Shown here in pieces: positions 35,470-47,574 of a stretch of 64,000 nt of DNA. Source of the stretch: Octopus sinensis. Lineage: Eukaryota. The stretch's first letter is position 1. Each line of letters begins with the position of its first letter. The stretch covers positions 174,902,001 to 174,966,000 of the forward strand of contig NC_042998.1 of assembly GCF_006345805.1 (NCBI RefSeq), written 5' to 3'. The translations under genes were made by a program, and so were the position numbers. Under the pieces are notes generated by a model. The model saw nothing but the letters and a program-made list of their open reading frames with translations, searched no databases and was not told the DNA's origin.

Positions 35470-36830
35470 TGAGTACCAGCAAGAAATCAGCTATGACATC
35501 AAGGAAATGATGGCCTATATAGCCAATAAAGAACACAAACTGATGGAAGACCAACTGGGTGTTTATAACACCATTATTTCAAACATTGAAAATGAAAGAA
35601 AATGTCTTTCTGGATGCTCCAGGTGGAACTGGCAAGACATATGTCATCAACCTCTTCTGGCCAAGCTGTGCCAAATGAAACATTACCATAGCAGTAGCGT
35701 CAAGTGGAATAGCTGCAACTCTGCTAAGTGGTGGACACACAGCTCATTCCTGTTTCAAACTCCCTTTGGACCTGTCCAAGAAAGAGAAGGCAAATTGCAA
35801 CATCAGTCGTGGTTCTGTAAAAGGCAAACTTCTGGGTGAATGCAGGTTGATCATCTGGGATGAAGCGACAATGATCTATAAGGTTTCCTTTCAAGCTTTT
35901 GACATGGCTTTTCAGGATCTGAGACACAACACCAAGCTCATGGGAGGTGCTAGAGTCTTGTTTACAGGAGACTTTAGAAAAATCCTTCCCATGATTCCAA
36001 AGGGGACAAGAGCTGAAGAAGTAAATGCCAGCATAAAGTCATCCTACCTATGGAGCAGTGTGCAAAAGCTAAACCGTTGGATGTTGGTAATGGCACTTCG
36101 GTTGGTGAGAAGGATGGCTGGGTAAGCTTGCCTTTTGGACATATGGTATCTGATTTAAAGGAACAAATGAATAAGGTGTTTCCTCACCTGAAGAATCAGT
36201 TTACAGACCACAACTAGCTGAAAACCTATGCCATTTTAGCTCCTAGGAATGTGGCAGTTGATGATTTGAACTTTAAACTTCTGGAACCATTGAGAGGTGA
36301 GTGTCACATCTACAATTCCATTGATGCTGTACTCAGCATCAATGAAGCTGTGAATTATCCAGTTGAATTCTTGAATAGTCTAACACCACTTGGCCTCCTA
36401 CCTCACAACTTGCACCTCAAGATTGGGTCACCGTTATGCTGCTTCGAAACCTCGACCCACCAAAGCTTTGCAATGGCACATGACTTAATATAAAGAAGAT
36501 GATGCCAACAGTCTTGGAGAAAACAATTTTGACTGGTAAAACAAGCGGTGAGCCTGTATTCATTCCTAGAGTTCAACTTATTCCCTCAGATATACCTTTC
36601 CAGTGCAAGCGCCTGCAATTCCAGTTGAAACTGAGCTTCGCAATGAGCATTAACAAGGTCCAGGGGCAGTCCTTGAATGTGGTAGGTCTGAACCTTGCAG
36701 AACCAGTTTTCTCCCATGGCCAACTTTATATGGGATGCTCAAGAGTTGGCAAATCCTAATCATTTGTTTATTTATGCCCCACAAGGAAAGTCCAAAAATG
36801 TTGTTTATCAAGAAGCTCTGCAAACTTAAT
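35470..36830 (+). pseudogene. Helitron-type PIF1 helicase fragment
   Basis: FLDAPGGTGKT, AVASSGIAATLL, IIWDEATM, FTGDFRKILP, ILAPRN, FAMSINKVQGQSL and FSHGQLY..SRV across frameshifts. Confidence 0.92.
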
Positions 36831-37189
36831 AAGATTCACCAAATCATCAGGTATTTACCATTTTCATCTGCAAGTTGGCATGGGTTAGGTGGGTCATCAT
36901 GGTCTGAGTCAGTTCTTATTTAGAGTTATGGCACTTACAGATGGATCTGTGGATCACGTCCCATTCATAGATTCCATTACTGGTTTGGTTTCTATAGCTA
37001 GCTGCACTTTCCTAACATCAACCAGAAATAGCAGTCAAATCTCTTTAAAAGAGAATACATCCTTGTCTTGTAAAGAAGGATACAATAGATAATATAGTGA
37101 TAGATAGATTATATTTGTAAATATGATTGGCTAGCTATGGTTAGGACTCCTTTGATATTAGACCTGCTTGATCAACGATGTCCTTGAGC

Positions 37190-37427
37190 TAAACAACAAT
37201 AACCGATCATGGCTGTTGCCAGCCTCCCTTTGCACCTGTGCCGGTGGCACGTAAAAAGCACCCACTACACTCACGGACTGGTTGGTGTTAGGAAGGGCAT
37301 CCAGCTGTAGAAACACTGCCAGATCAGACTGGAGCCTGGTGCAGCCTCCTGGCTTCCCAGACCCCGGTCGAACCATCCAACCCATGTTAACACGGAACAT
37401 GGACATTAAACGATGATGATGATGAGC
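37190..37427 (+). mobile_element. RTE 3' tail copy
   Basis: Shared core and (GAT)n tail. Confidence 0.88.
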
Positions 37428-37764
37428 ACTGTACTACCATTTATAAGATTATGTACAATATTGATATAACAATACAAATTCACTATTATATTATATACAC
37501 CTTTCTAGTTATAACGCTACAAAATACTATTGTTAACATTACACAATGCAATTATGACCCTATATTAATTACTTGACACAATTTACAGAATACTATTATA
37601 ACACAACGCAACAGTTTTTAGAACACTTTAACCTATACGATTAATACAATACTATTTATATATATAACTCTACACACTGCATTAGAATACTACACAACAC
37701 TAGTGATAACACTATACAATATTAGGTTAATGTTTACATCTTGACCTGGAAAGGAAAATCCAAA

Positions 37765-38057
37765 AAAAATACTGGAATGGGTGTAAAACAATGTGCAGGA
37801 AACGAGTATGAAAACAAATGCACACAAAGCAATGGGAGGGTGGGGAGAGGACTTTGGAAAATTCACAAGATCCGAGCTTTTCCCTCATAACTTTTTGGTA
37901 AATAGGGTTTTTTTTCAATGAAATTTTATAGAAATACCATTCAAATGGCATACATTATGATTATAAAGAAATTTATGGGGAAAATCTTTTCCAAGGGGTG
38001 GGGAGAGGACTTTGGAAAATTCTCAAAATCTTAGATTTTTTACTCATAACTCTTAGG
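37765..38057 (+). repeat. Left arm of a long inverted repeat (two internal subrepeats)
   Basis: Reverse complement of 40236-40531. Confidence 0.85.
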
Positions 38058-38061
38058 TCAT

Positions 38062-40130
38062 AAGCCACCTGAAGAGTTTTGGGCTAACTGCCAAACCACT
38101 GGAGGTAATGGAAGGAGGAGCTGCCCTGGGACTCAAGCTACGGAGAGACAAGGCTGGCGTGTTGGTGTTTCGAAGAGGGAATGAGATCCCAGAACTGGGC
38201 TCAAAAACGAGCAGGTGGGAACTGGTTTCTGTGTGTGGGAAGCTACTGGGACACTACCCATTTGCAGGATGGCTCCGGATGGTATACAGCTTCATCAAGA
38301 GGCAAGCTGAAGGAGTGAAGTGGAGTGATAACGTGGGCAAGAAGACAACCACCATGATGCAAGAAGTCTTGGAGAGGGTGACTGCGGAGGACCTAGTAAG
38401 AGGTAACTGGTATGTGCCCAAATTGAAGAAGGGGATCGTGTGGTGTGATGCCAGCAGCATAGCAATGGGTGTTGTCTTGGAAATTGGAAGTGTCATGGTG
38501 GAGGATGCAGCCTGACTTAGGAAGAAAGACAACTGCAACCACACCAACTAGCGGAGCTGGTTGCCATGCTGAAAGGGCTGAACCTGGCCCTGAGGTGGGG
38601 GCTGCATACCATCGAGATCCGGACCAATTCAGCTACTGTACTTAGGTGGGTGGGATCAGTGATCACAGGAGAGCGGAGGGTGCGAACCAAAGGGGATGCA
38701 GAGATGTTGATAAAACACTGTCTGGGAATTCTGGGTGAGCTAGCTGCCGAGTTTGACCTGAGGCTGAGTGTGGTTTTTGTGCCCTCAGAGAGGAATAGAG
38801 TGGACATTCTGACCAGAAAAAGAAAGCCTGGTTGCAGGTGCCAGAGGATCTGGAGCAAGGAGTGGCTGCAGTGTGTCGACTGAGTGACTCGGAGCTGAGG
38901 AAATTGCATACCATGCATCACATGGGGGTAGACAGGACCCTGTCCCTAGCCAGGAGAGTTTACTCTGATGTGACCAGGCAGAGTGTGCAAAGGGTAGTTG
39001 GGAGCTCCAACAGGTGCCAGTCCATTGACCCCGCTCCAAGTGTGCATGAGGCAGGAAGCATTCCAGTGGAACACAACTGGAAATGACTGGCAGTGGACGT
39101 GATGCACTACCGGCAGGGGGCATACCTCCCGATAGTCGACTGCAGACCGGGGCAGTTGGCCATATGGAGGGAGATGAAGACGGGGACCAGGGAGGAAGTC
39201 ACAAGAATACTGAATGGGGTATTCCCAGAATGAGGCCTTGTGGATGAACTGCTTGTGGACAATGGCACTGTGTTTCGTTCGGAGGTGCTGAGGTAAATGC
39301 TCGACAAGTGGCATATTAGCTGTTTCTTCAGGGTGGCATACCAGCCAAGCGGCAATGGGGTTGTGGAGAGGCATCATCGTACCATCAAGACTATAGCAAA
39401 GGGAGGCCACATCTCACTGGTGAAGGCCATTTTTTGGTATAATATGTCGCCCAGGACTGGACAGGCTGAGGAGTCAGTGTCACACAGGGCAATATTCAAG
39501 TATGAGTGGAGGCATCCATGTACTACATCACCATGTCCCGCAGAAGAAAAAGAACATGCCTGTTTGCAGGTCGGAGAAGAAGTCTGGGTTAAGCCCCCAA
39601 ATGTGCAGTGCACATCACAGTGGGAAAAGGGGACAATAACCTCTGTGAATTCAAGGAACAACGTATCCAAAGATGGCATTTCACAACATGTTTTTGATGG
39701 GCGCAGGGTCATCACTGCGACAGAGGCCAACAGTAATAGACAAGAGAAAGAAGCTGGCAAGAACATGCCAGACACTGAGGCCAGTCCTGAAGTCCCACAG
39801 TAGTCACAGAGGGACTGGTGCCTTCCTTGCTGGTTGGCTGCTTACGAGACAAGTTAAGGCATGTGGTCGGGGTTGAGAAGAGAGCGTGGGCAGGTTGGTT
39901 GAATGATCTTCAGATCAGTGGGGTGTTGTAGGGAAGAATCGGAAGTGAGGGAGTAGGTATGTCCTGTTAGAAGATCCCACTGGAAGTGCCACAGTGGACA
40001 TGTGACATTCAGTGAAGCACGAAAGTCAGTCGGCGGCAAACAGCACATCAGAGTAGACGTGTAAGAAGGTAGAGCAACGTGGATGAGGAGTGAACCTTGG
40101 AAATCATGTCAGCACGTAGATGTTGAAAGT
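38062..40130 (+). mobile_element. Decayed LTR retrotransposon 3' part (RNase H, integrase, probable LTR)
   Basis: GKLLGHYPFAGWLR, WCDASSIA, HHMGVDRT...CQSIDPAP, AYQPSGNGVVERHHRTIK; multiple stops. Confidence 0.85.
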
Positions 40131-40235
40131 GACCCTTTCTCCAAACCAACAGGTAAGACTACCATAATTCTCTCTTCACTTCTGTACTTTTTTCTTTCTT
40201 TACATCACAATTTCATCGAAAAAAAAACCAATTTT

Positions 40236-40531
40236 CCTAAAAGTTATGAGGGAAAAACTAGGATTTTGTGAACTTTCCAAAGTCCTCTCCCCACCCCCAC
40301 CCCTTGGAAAAGATTTCCCCCACAAATTTCTTTATAATCGTAATGTATACCGTTTGAAAAGTATTTCTATGAAATTTCATTGAAAAAACTTCATTTTCCT
40401 AAAAGTTATGAGGGAAAAGCTCAAATCTTGTGAATTTTCTGAAGTCCTCTCACCACCCTCCCGTTGCTTTGCGCGCATTTTCTTTCACATTCGTTTCCTA
40501 CACTTTGTTTTACACCCATTCCAGTATTTTT
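40236..40531 (-). repeat. Right arm of the long inverted repeat
   Basis: Reverse complement of 37765-38057. Confidence 0.85.
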
Positions 40532-40739
40532 CAATATTATTATAACACTACATAATAGTATTTATAACACCACTATAACACTATTATAAGATATTTATTA
40601 CACCACACAATGCTATTTATAAAACACTTCATGGTTACTATGTATAATATTGCAAAATACTATATAGTATATATATTGCACATGTATGGTTAGTCTCAAT
40701 ACCAAATACAATATATGGCCAAAATAGCGCCTCAAAATA

Positions 40740-40875
40740 CCACGTGTAACGTCATGGTTATATATAAACAATGATTTCTTACTTGGACACAAATCTACTT
40801 AAATTGGCCACGTGTAACGTCATGGTTATATATAAACAATGATTTCTTACTTGGACACAAATCTAATTAAATTGG
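40740..40875. repeat. 68-bp tandem duplication
   Basis: CCACGTGTAACGTCATGG...AAATTGG twice with one mismatch. Confidence 0.95.
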
Positions 40876-41241
40876 CTCTCGCCTGTAGGTAATATTTATT
40901 TTATTAATAAAGAAGATAAAAAGTCAACCAGTATCGGAATTTGAGCTTCGCTGTCTTGAGTTATGATGTTAAACATTGAGAAAGGTTGAGCGGGAGGAAG
41001 AGAAGGAGAGGAAAAGAGGGAGAGAGAGCAAAAGAGATAGATAGGTTTAAAAGTGTTGAGCAAACATAGTTGATACGGAGAGGAAAAGTGAGAAAGAGAG
41101 AGATAATACGGTGGCTCAGAAGTTTTAAGAATGAAAGAAGAGTAACAAGTGAAACAGTTCCAGGTGATAACGATAGTTCAAAATTTTCATTGTAACAATA
41201 GTTGCGTCAAGATTTGTTTCCCTTGGAATTTGTTGCCTTGA

Positions 41242-41519
41242 CAGTGCTTCTCAAACTATCTTATGTGGCGTACCAGCAGTTTTTTTTTCAGTGTGCCAGG
41301 GACCAGTAATATTTCTTAGTAATATTAATTTATACCGGAAACTATATATATATAATGAATATAATTAAAACTGACAAGTTTTAAAATCTTATATTTATAA
41401 TATAATATTACATAAGCATTTTATAATGTTTCTTTTCTTTCTGGAAACTCGCCGCATACCAGCAGCTGATGGCTCGCGATCCGGAACCGGTCCACAGACC
41501 ACCACTTTCAGTAGCACTG
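41242..41519. mobile_element. Non-autonomous hAT-like MITE
   Basis: Ends CAGTGCTTCTCAAA / TTTCAGTAGCACTG; TSD only approximate (CCTTGA vs CCTTAGA). Confidence 0.65.
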
Positions 41520-41728
41520 CCTTAGATTACATAAAATAGCATATCAGAACCGGAATTTTTGGTAAATTTTGATACTTTTACCCGCACGGAAAAAAAACAC
41601 GGATTTTTTGCCAAGAATCAAGTACCTGACCTCCTAATGTGCCGCACCCCCTTTTTTTTTTTTCGGAAAAAAAGTGGGGGTGAGAAACCGCCCCCCCCCC
41701 ATATCCCGGAATCATTGGGTTTAAAGTA

Positions 41729-42417
41729 GTAGATATCTTCTCGATATAAGATCCACTTTTTGTCCGGTGTGCTAACGATTATTTCAGCTTGCCACCTTAT
41801 TATGATACAGTAATACTTTCACTTATGTTACCAGGGTATTTGACACGGGTTTTCACAACTGTCGTCAAAGTTTCCCAGAAGATTTCATTTTCATGCAAGA
41901 TATGTAAAGTATGGTAGTCAGTCAGGTGGAGTCAAACTTTCTCTGAGCTTAGAATACCATGGAAAAAATTCGGTAAATTTTTATAGTCACCCCACACGAT
42001 TTTCCTTAAGAAGATGAAAAAAAATCGGATTTTTTTAATGGAATCGAGTACCCTGACCTTCTGAAGTGCTGCAAACCCCTTATTTTTGTTCGGAAAAGAG
42101 GGTGGATGGGATACCGGGCCTACCATCCCAGAATCATTGAACATTTTTTTTTTTTTTTGTAATGAATTGCGGTGACCTCCACAAATCCCTTTTTTTGGTC
42201 CAGTAAATTTTAACTCTACCTGGCTGACTACCATACTTTACATATCTTGCATGAAAAGGAAATCTTCAGGGAAACTTTGACCACAGTTGTGAAAACCCGT
42301 GTCAAATACCCTGATAACATAAGTGAAAGTATTGCTGTATCATAATAAGGTGGCAAGCTGAAATAATCGTTAGCACACCGGACAAAAAGTGGATCCTTAT
42401 ATCGAGAAGATATCAAC
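41729..42417. repeat. Inverted repeat with arms of about 212 bp (41729-41940 and 42205-42417)
   Basis: GATATCTTCTCGATATAAG...GTATGGTAGTCAG versus its reverse complement; roughly 95% identical by eye. Confidence 0.9.
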
Positions 42418-42750
42418 TATTGTTACTATGAAGCTCAAGCATGTCTCTTGTATCAATATTTTGAAGAGAGTGTCAAATATAAACAACCTTTTGGTCAAAA
42501 ACAAAACAGTGATAAATAGGAGTCCAGATCAGGTGAAGGAAATTTATAAGAAAAAGAAAATGAGGTTATAATATTTATTACATTTTGAAGGAAAATATAA
42601 CAAGAGTGAAAGTGAAATAGCTTCAACAAGAAATTTACTTCTGCGGACGGACTTAGCTCAAATTTGTTTCATGGTATTCTTCAAGAAAGAAGAAAAATGT
42701 TCTAATTGATTTTTGCTGTGCATTTGCAAACCTTAAATAACATTAAATCA

Positions 42751-42873
42751 TTCCCAAACTGTGATATCTATGGTAAATCATTCTCAGAAGAATGCATCTC
42801 AGTTACTGACGAAAATATTCATTCAGAAGACAAACCATATTTTCGAACTACCTGCTGCAAAATATTCTCTTTG
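42751..42873 (+). pseudogene. Degenerate C2H2 zinc-finger relic
   Basis: CDIYGKSFSEECISVTDENIHSEDKPY resembles CDICGKSFS...H.RIHTGEKPY with the ligands lost. Confidence 0.5.
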
Positions 42874-43440
42874 GATGTTTTTTTTTTTTATTTCTCCTAG
42901 ATCTATTTATAGGTTATATCATCAACTTTACAGACAGTGACTGTCACTTCTTGTTCTCCACCTCTTTGCACTCACATTCTCTCTCTCCCTCTATCTTGCT
43001 CTCTTTGTCTCTCCCTCTCTCCTTTTATCACTGTCCTCAATATGCTATTTGTCAATGGAAAGCTCTCTGAATGAAAGTTATATGAATATGGTTAACTACA
43101 AAGTAATCAATTCATATATTGTTGCCAAAACTATACACATGCACACACACACACTCACATATTTATGTAAGTATGTATGTATGCATGCATGTATGTATAT
43201 TTTGGCCATACACACACAGACACGATTATATATAAATATATATATACCAAAGCAAATACAAATAACAAGACAAAAATCCATGGGAATTTCACAGTTAACA
43301 TAAATAGGTTGACACTCAAAGAAGGAAAAAGTTATTGAATAAAATTTATAACAATTCAAACATGGCCCTTTGTTGGATACTAGAGGAGAGACTAGGAAGA
43401 GAGTAAACAAGATAAAGAGAAGGTGGAGGTCATAGTCTGT

Positions 43441-43492
<52 letters not shown>

Positions 43493-46011
43493 CATACATA
43501 CATACATACATAGATAGATAGATAGATAAATAGATAGACAGACAGACGGACGGACATAGATAGACGGACAGGCAGATAGACAGATAGGTGGATGGATGGA
43601 TGGATAGATGGATGGATGGATGAACAGATGGATGGGTCTTAGACTCTGTGTCATCCTTCACCTGATGTTGTTCTATTGTATTTGGTATAGAGGGCTCCAA
43701 ACACTTCCCTTTTTATTTAGTAGTAGCCACTACTCAATTTAATAATCTCACCACCTCATCCAAGAGTGCCTTTAAAAGAGTATAATCTCTTGTAAGCATT
43801 CAAATCAGACTCACATTTAGGTATTTCTGTGATTTCTTGAAATATGATTACTCCTTACATTCATCCAAGGTCCCAAAACTCAAACCTGATTGATTCTTCC
43901 TCTTCTTCTCTAATACCCATGGATTCCATTCAAAATTCAAACTAAACTCTATATATCCTCCTCCTACTCCTACTCATCTTCATCATCATCCTCAGCATCG
44001 TCATCTTCATCATCAGCAGCATTTTACATCTACTTTCCATACTAACATGTGTTGGTTGGATCATTACACTCCATATCAGCTTTTTTTTTATGTTACTGTC
44101 TTCCTAGACAAGTCAAGGACCATATCTTACATCTATGTTTCATTTTTGCAATTGTTTCTATGGATTGTTGCTCTTCCTTACATTAATTTTTAATTTAATT
44201 TAATTTAATTTTTTTGGCTCAAAAAGCAAAAGCAAGGCCATGTAGGGGCACATGGAGTTATGTACAGGGAGGGTGTTCATACAAAGAGTTCAGGCCATTT
44301 CTGGTCAAGAGAGACTTTGAACCGAGCGGTCATCGGCATCTTCACTATCTCGTCCGGCAGCTAATTCCACGTATCTGCAACTCCATTATAGAGTATACTG
44401 GGTACATTTTGTTGTGATGTAAGCACAAGAGAGGTTGCTTTGTTCCTGGCAAGACTAATGGGTCCTTTATGCTTCATGTCGTCTCTGTTCATTCAAGACA
44501 ATGTGATTTGAGAAGGTGAATAGAAGAAAGGTGGAGGAAAGCACCAGAGCAAAAGGATGATAGAGAATAGCAATAAAGATAAGTGATGAATGATGGTTAA
44601 GAAAGATAGAAAGAGAAAGAGAGTGATGGTTGTCAATGAGTGATAAAAGGGCAGTAATGATTAGCAATAAATAAGGGTGATGGTTGAGTAGATTGAATAT
44701 CCAATGTTATCCTTCATTACATAACTAGTGTGACAGAGAAGAAGTAGAGTAATAAAGAGACAATGGTAGAGGGAGCTGAATATAAACAGACTGAAAACCC
44801 AACTGCCATCACCACAACCATTTTAACAGCTTTCTTGACATGTTTAAATGAATAGACAGGTCTTCTCCAGCACTGCAGATCACCTCTTGTCATGATCCTT
44901 TCTCATTTCATACATAAAGTTCATCTTCTTGAGCTCAAGCTTCACTACTTCTTTCCATGTCTTGTTAAGTCTCTCTGAACTACAGCTTCTATCCACTTAG
45001 AGCTTTCAGTGCTTCTTTATACAACTGACTTCCTCCATACATGTCATGCCCATATCATCATAGTCTTCTCTCTTGCACACTATATATGATTCTTATAATA
45101 TCCAACCTTTATTTCAGCCTGTATTGATGGAGTTCTCTCTACCCCATACTCTATCATTTCTGTTATGTCCCAGGATTTTGCTCTGTTCCCCCACACTATT
45201 CCTGATATTTATTAACGACCTACTTGTCATCACTTCCAGCAGCATTCACTTTTTGCAGGTAATATTAACCTTTATTCTTTCCTAAACCTTCCAACCAACT
45301 ACCATCCATATGCAACCTTATGCTAAATCTGCACTGACTCCATGAGCAGGGCCATCCAAAATATATTCCAATTCACCAATGAATGGGGTCATGGCAGTCT
45401 TATTCCTTTCAGTAGCAAATACAACACAAACACCTCACATATCGATTGTAAATTTTGGCACAAGGCCATCAATTTTGGGGGAGGGATTTAGTCAATTACA
45501 TCAACCCCAGGGTACAACCCTTAAAAGGTGAACTGCAAAGTTGACCTCAGCAGAATTGGAACTCAGAATGCAAAGACAGAAAAAAAGCTGCTAAGCATTT
45601 TGCCCAGAATAGTAACAATTCTGCCTGCTCACCACATTACAAACACCATGCATATCATCAGTATTTTGGCATCCACTTTTCCATGCTCACATGGGTTGGA
45701 CAGAATTTGTTAAGACAGATGCTCTTCCGGAATCAGGGCGTGTATACGTCTTGGAAAATTACAAAAATCCATTCCAGGTGAGAATGTCATTGATAAAGCC
45801 ATGAGAATGTGCATTTGTACATGCAAGTACATCAGCTGTGGCGATCAATACTACGCGTACATAAGAAAAATGCACATGCAGTTTGCGCAAAAAAGCTGGC
45901 TGGCTCAAAATAATTCCACAAAATGGGACAGTTGGACAAGTTGTTTTGAGAAAATTTGGTTTAAATGTTTGACAACTCAGTACCATCCATTGGACAGGGG
46001 GTGTTTTGCTC

Positions 46012-46059
<48 letters not shown>

Positions 46060-46289
46060 AAAACAATGACAACATGTAACAAAAACATCTTTAAATGATT
46101 ATTCCGGAGCATATTCACCATCTACTTCAATTACTGCTTTCAATTTGCTTGGCAGACATTTAAAGGTGTTTTTGTTAAATATTGTTATTGTTTTTGTTGA
46201 ATAAAATTTGTTGAAAAAAAGCTGCAATAATTATGCACCAACCCAAGAGTTAATTCAAAAATAAACGAAAAGAAGAAAAAACACAAGCA

Positions 46290-46440
46290 AAAATAACAAT
46301 GTAAGGATGTAGTACATGCAAAGTATTAAAAGATGCTCAGGGAGGGAAAGAAAGAGTATATTATGTTTCGAGCAAAGCTCTTCTTCAAGAACAGGAGACA
46401 GAGAAAAGTCCAAGAGAAAAGGAGCAAAACAATCACCAAC
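46290..46440 (-). mobile_element. Penelope-like pLTR fragment with degenerate minimal hammerhead (family copy 2)
   Basis: CTTGAAGA-AGAGCTTTGCTC-GAAAC-ATA at 46362-46390. Confidence 0.55.
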
Positions 46441-47160
46441 CATCCACATTTAGTTACATTTTGAAATAAGTGGAGGGAATGGATGAAGAAAAAGTTCTTT
46501 CAAAGACAGGGGAGTGTAAGAGAAGAAGGTATCTGTGTGTATATGTGGGTGTGTTCACACATGTGTGTGTGTGTGTGTGGCAGTAACTGAGTGTGTGTGT
46601 ATGTATGCAGGTGGTGGTGGTAACTCTGTGAGTGTGTGTGGATGTCTGTTGTGTGTGGTATTAACTGTTTATATGTGTATGTGTGAGTGATCTTTGTGTC
46701 TGTTAATGTTGTAGGAAGAATTCAGCAGCTATGGTAACAGAAGTGGTGGTCTTTTGTATTGGTGTGTGTTTCTTCACATGTGTGTAGATGGGATTGTCAG
46801 TGGAAGGGTGCTTGACAGGCAGTCTGAAGATTGTGTATGAGTGTGTATGTATGTGTATGCCGTGTGTTTGTGTTTTGGTGTGTGTCAATGTGTGTGTGTA
46901 TGTGTGGGGATGTTGTGTGAGGGGAGATATATATGTGTTCCTGTGTGTGTGCAGTGTGCATATGTGTGTGCATATATGTATGTTTATGTGTGTATGTGTG
47001 TGCATGTACATGTATGTTGTGTGGGTGAGTGGTATATATGCATTCATGTCTGTGTGCATATGTGTGTGCTTCTGTATGTGTGCATGTGTTTATGTAATGA
47101 GAAACACTCATTATCGCTATGGGCTCCGTGTGCATCTTGATGCTGACATAAGTTCCTTAC

Positions 47161-47243
47161 TTTTCCTGATGAGAAGGCAGCATAATGCACCCCTTATTCC
47201 TTCGAAATTAGGAATATGCAGCCTTCGAAACATATGTCGAAAA
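47161..47243 (+). ncRNA. Canonical type I hammerhead ribozyme
   Basis: Stem I TTTTC/GAAAA, core CTGATGA (47166-47172), stem II GAAGGC/GCCTTC extendable by GCATA/TATGC, GAAA, palindromic stem III ACATATGT, cleavage triplet GTC (47236-47238). Confidence 0.85.
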
Positions 47244-47289
47244 TAAAATAAAGGAATTTTGTGAATTCGTCGTTCAACTCCATTCTTTC

Positions 47290-47324
<35 letters not shown>

Positions 47325-47328
<4 letters not shown>

Positions 47329-47553
47329 CAGCTCTGGCTAGGTTGCCAGCTCTGTCTGGCACCTGTGCGGGTGGCACGTAAAAAGCACCCACTACACTCA
47401 TGGAGTGGTTGGCGTTAGGAAGGGCATCCAGCCGTAGAAACACTGCCAGATCTGACTGGGCCTGATGAAGCCTTCTGGCTTCGCAGACCCCAGTAGAACG
47501 TCCAACCCATGCTAGCATGGAAAACGGACGCTAAACGATGATGATGATGATGA
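47325..47553 (+). mobile_element. RTE 3' tail copy
   Basis: Shared core; (TA)n on both sides. Confidence 0.9.
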
Positions 47554-47574
47554 TATATATATATACATAGACTG

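Noticed and set aside
45721-46010. CpG-containing stretch with a GTGAGA donor and a weak GIY-YIG-like peptide
   Set aside because: Neither the exon nor the endonuclease reading is supported by enough conserved residues.
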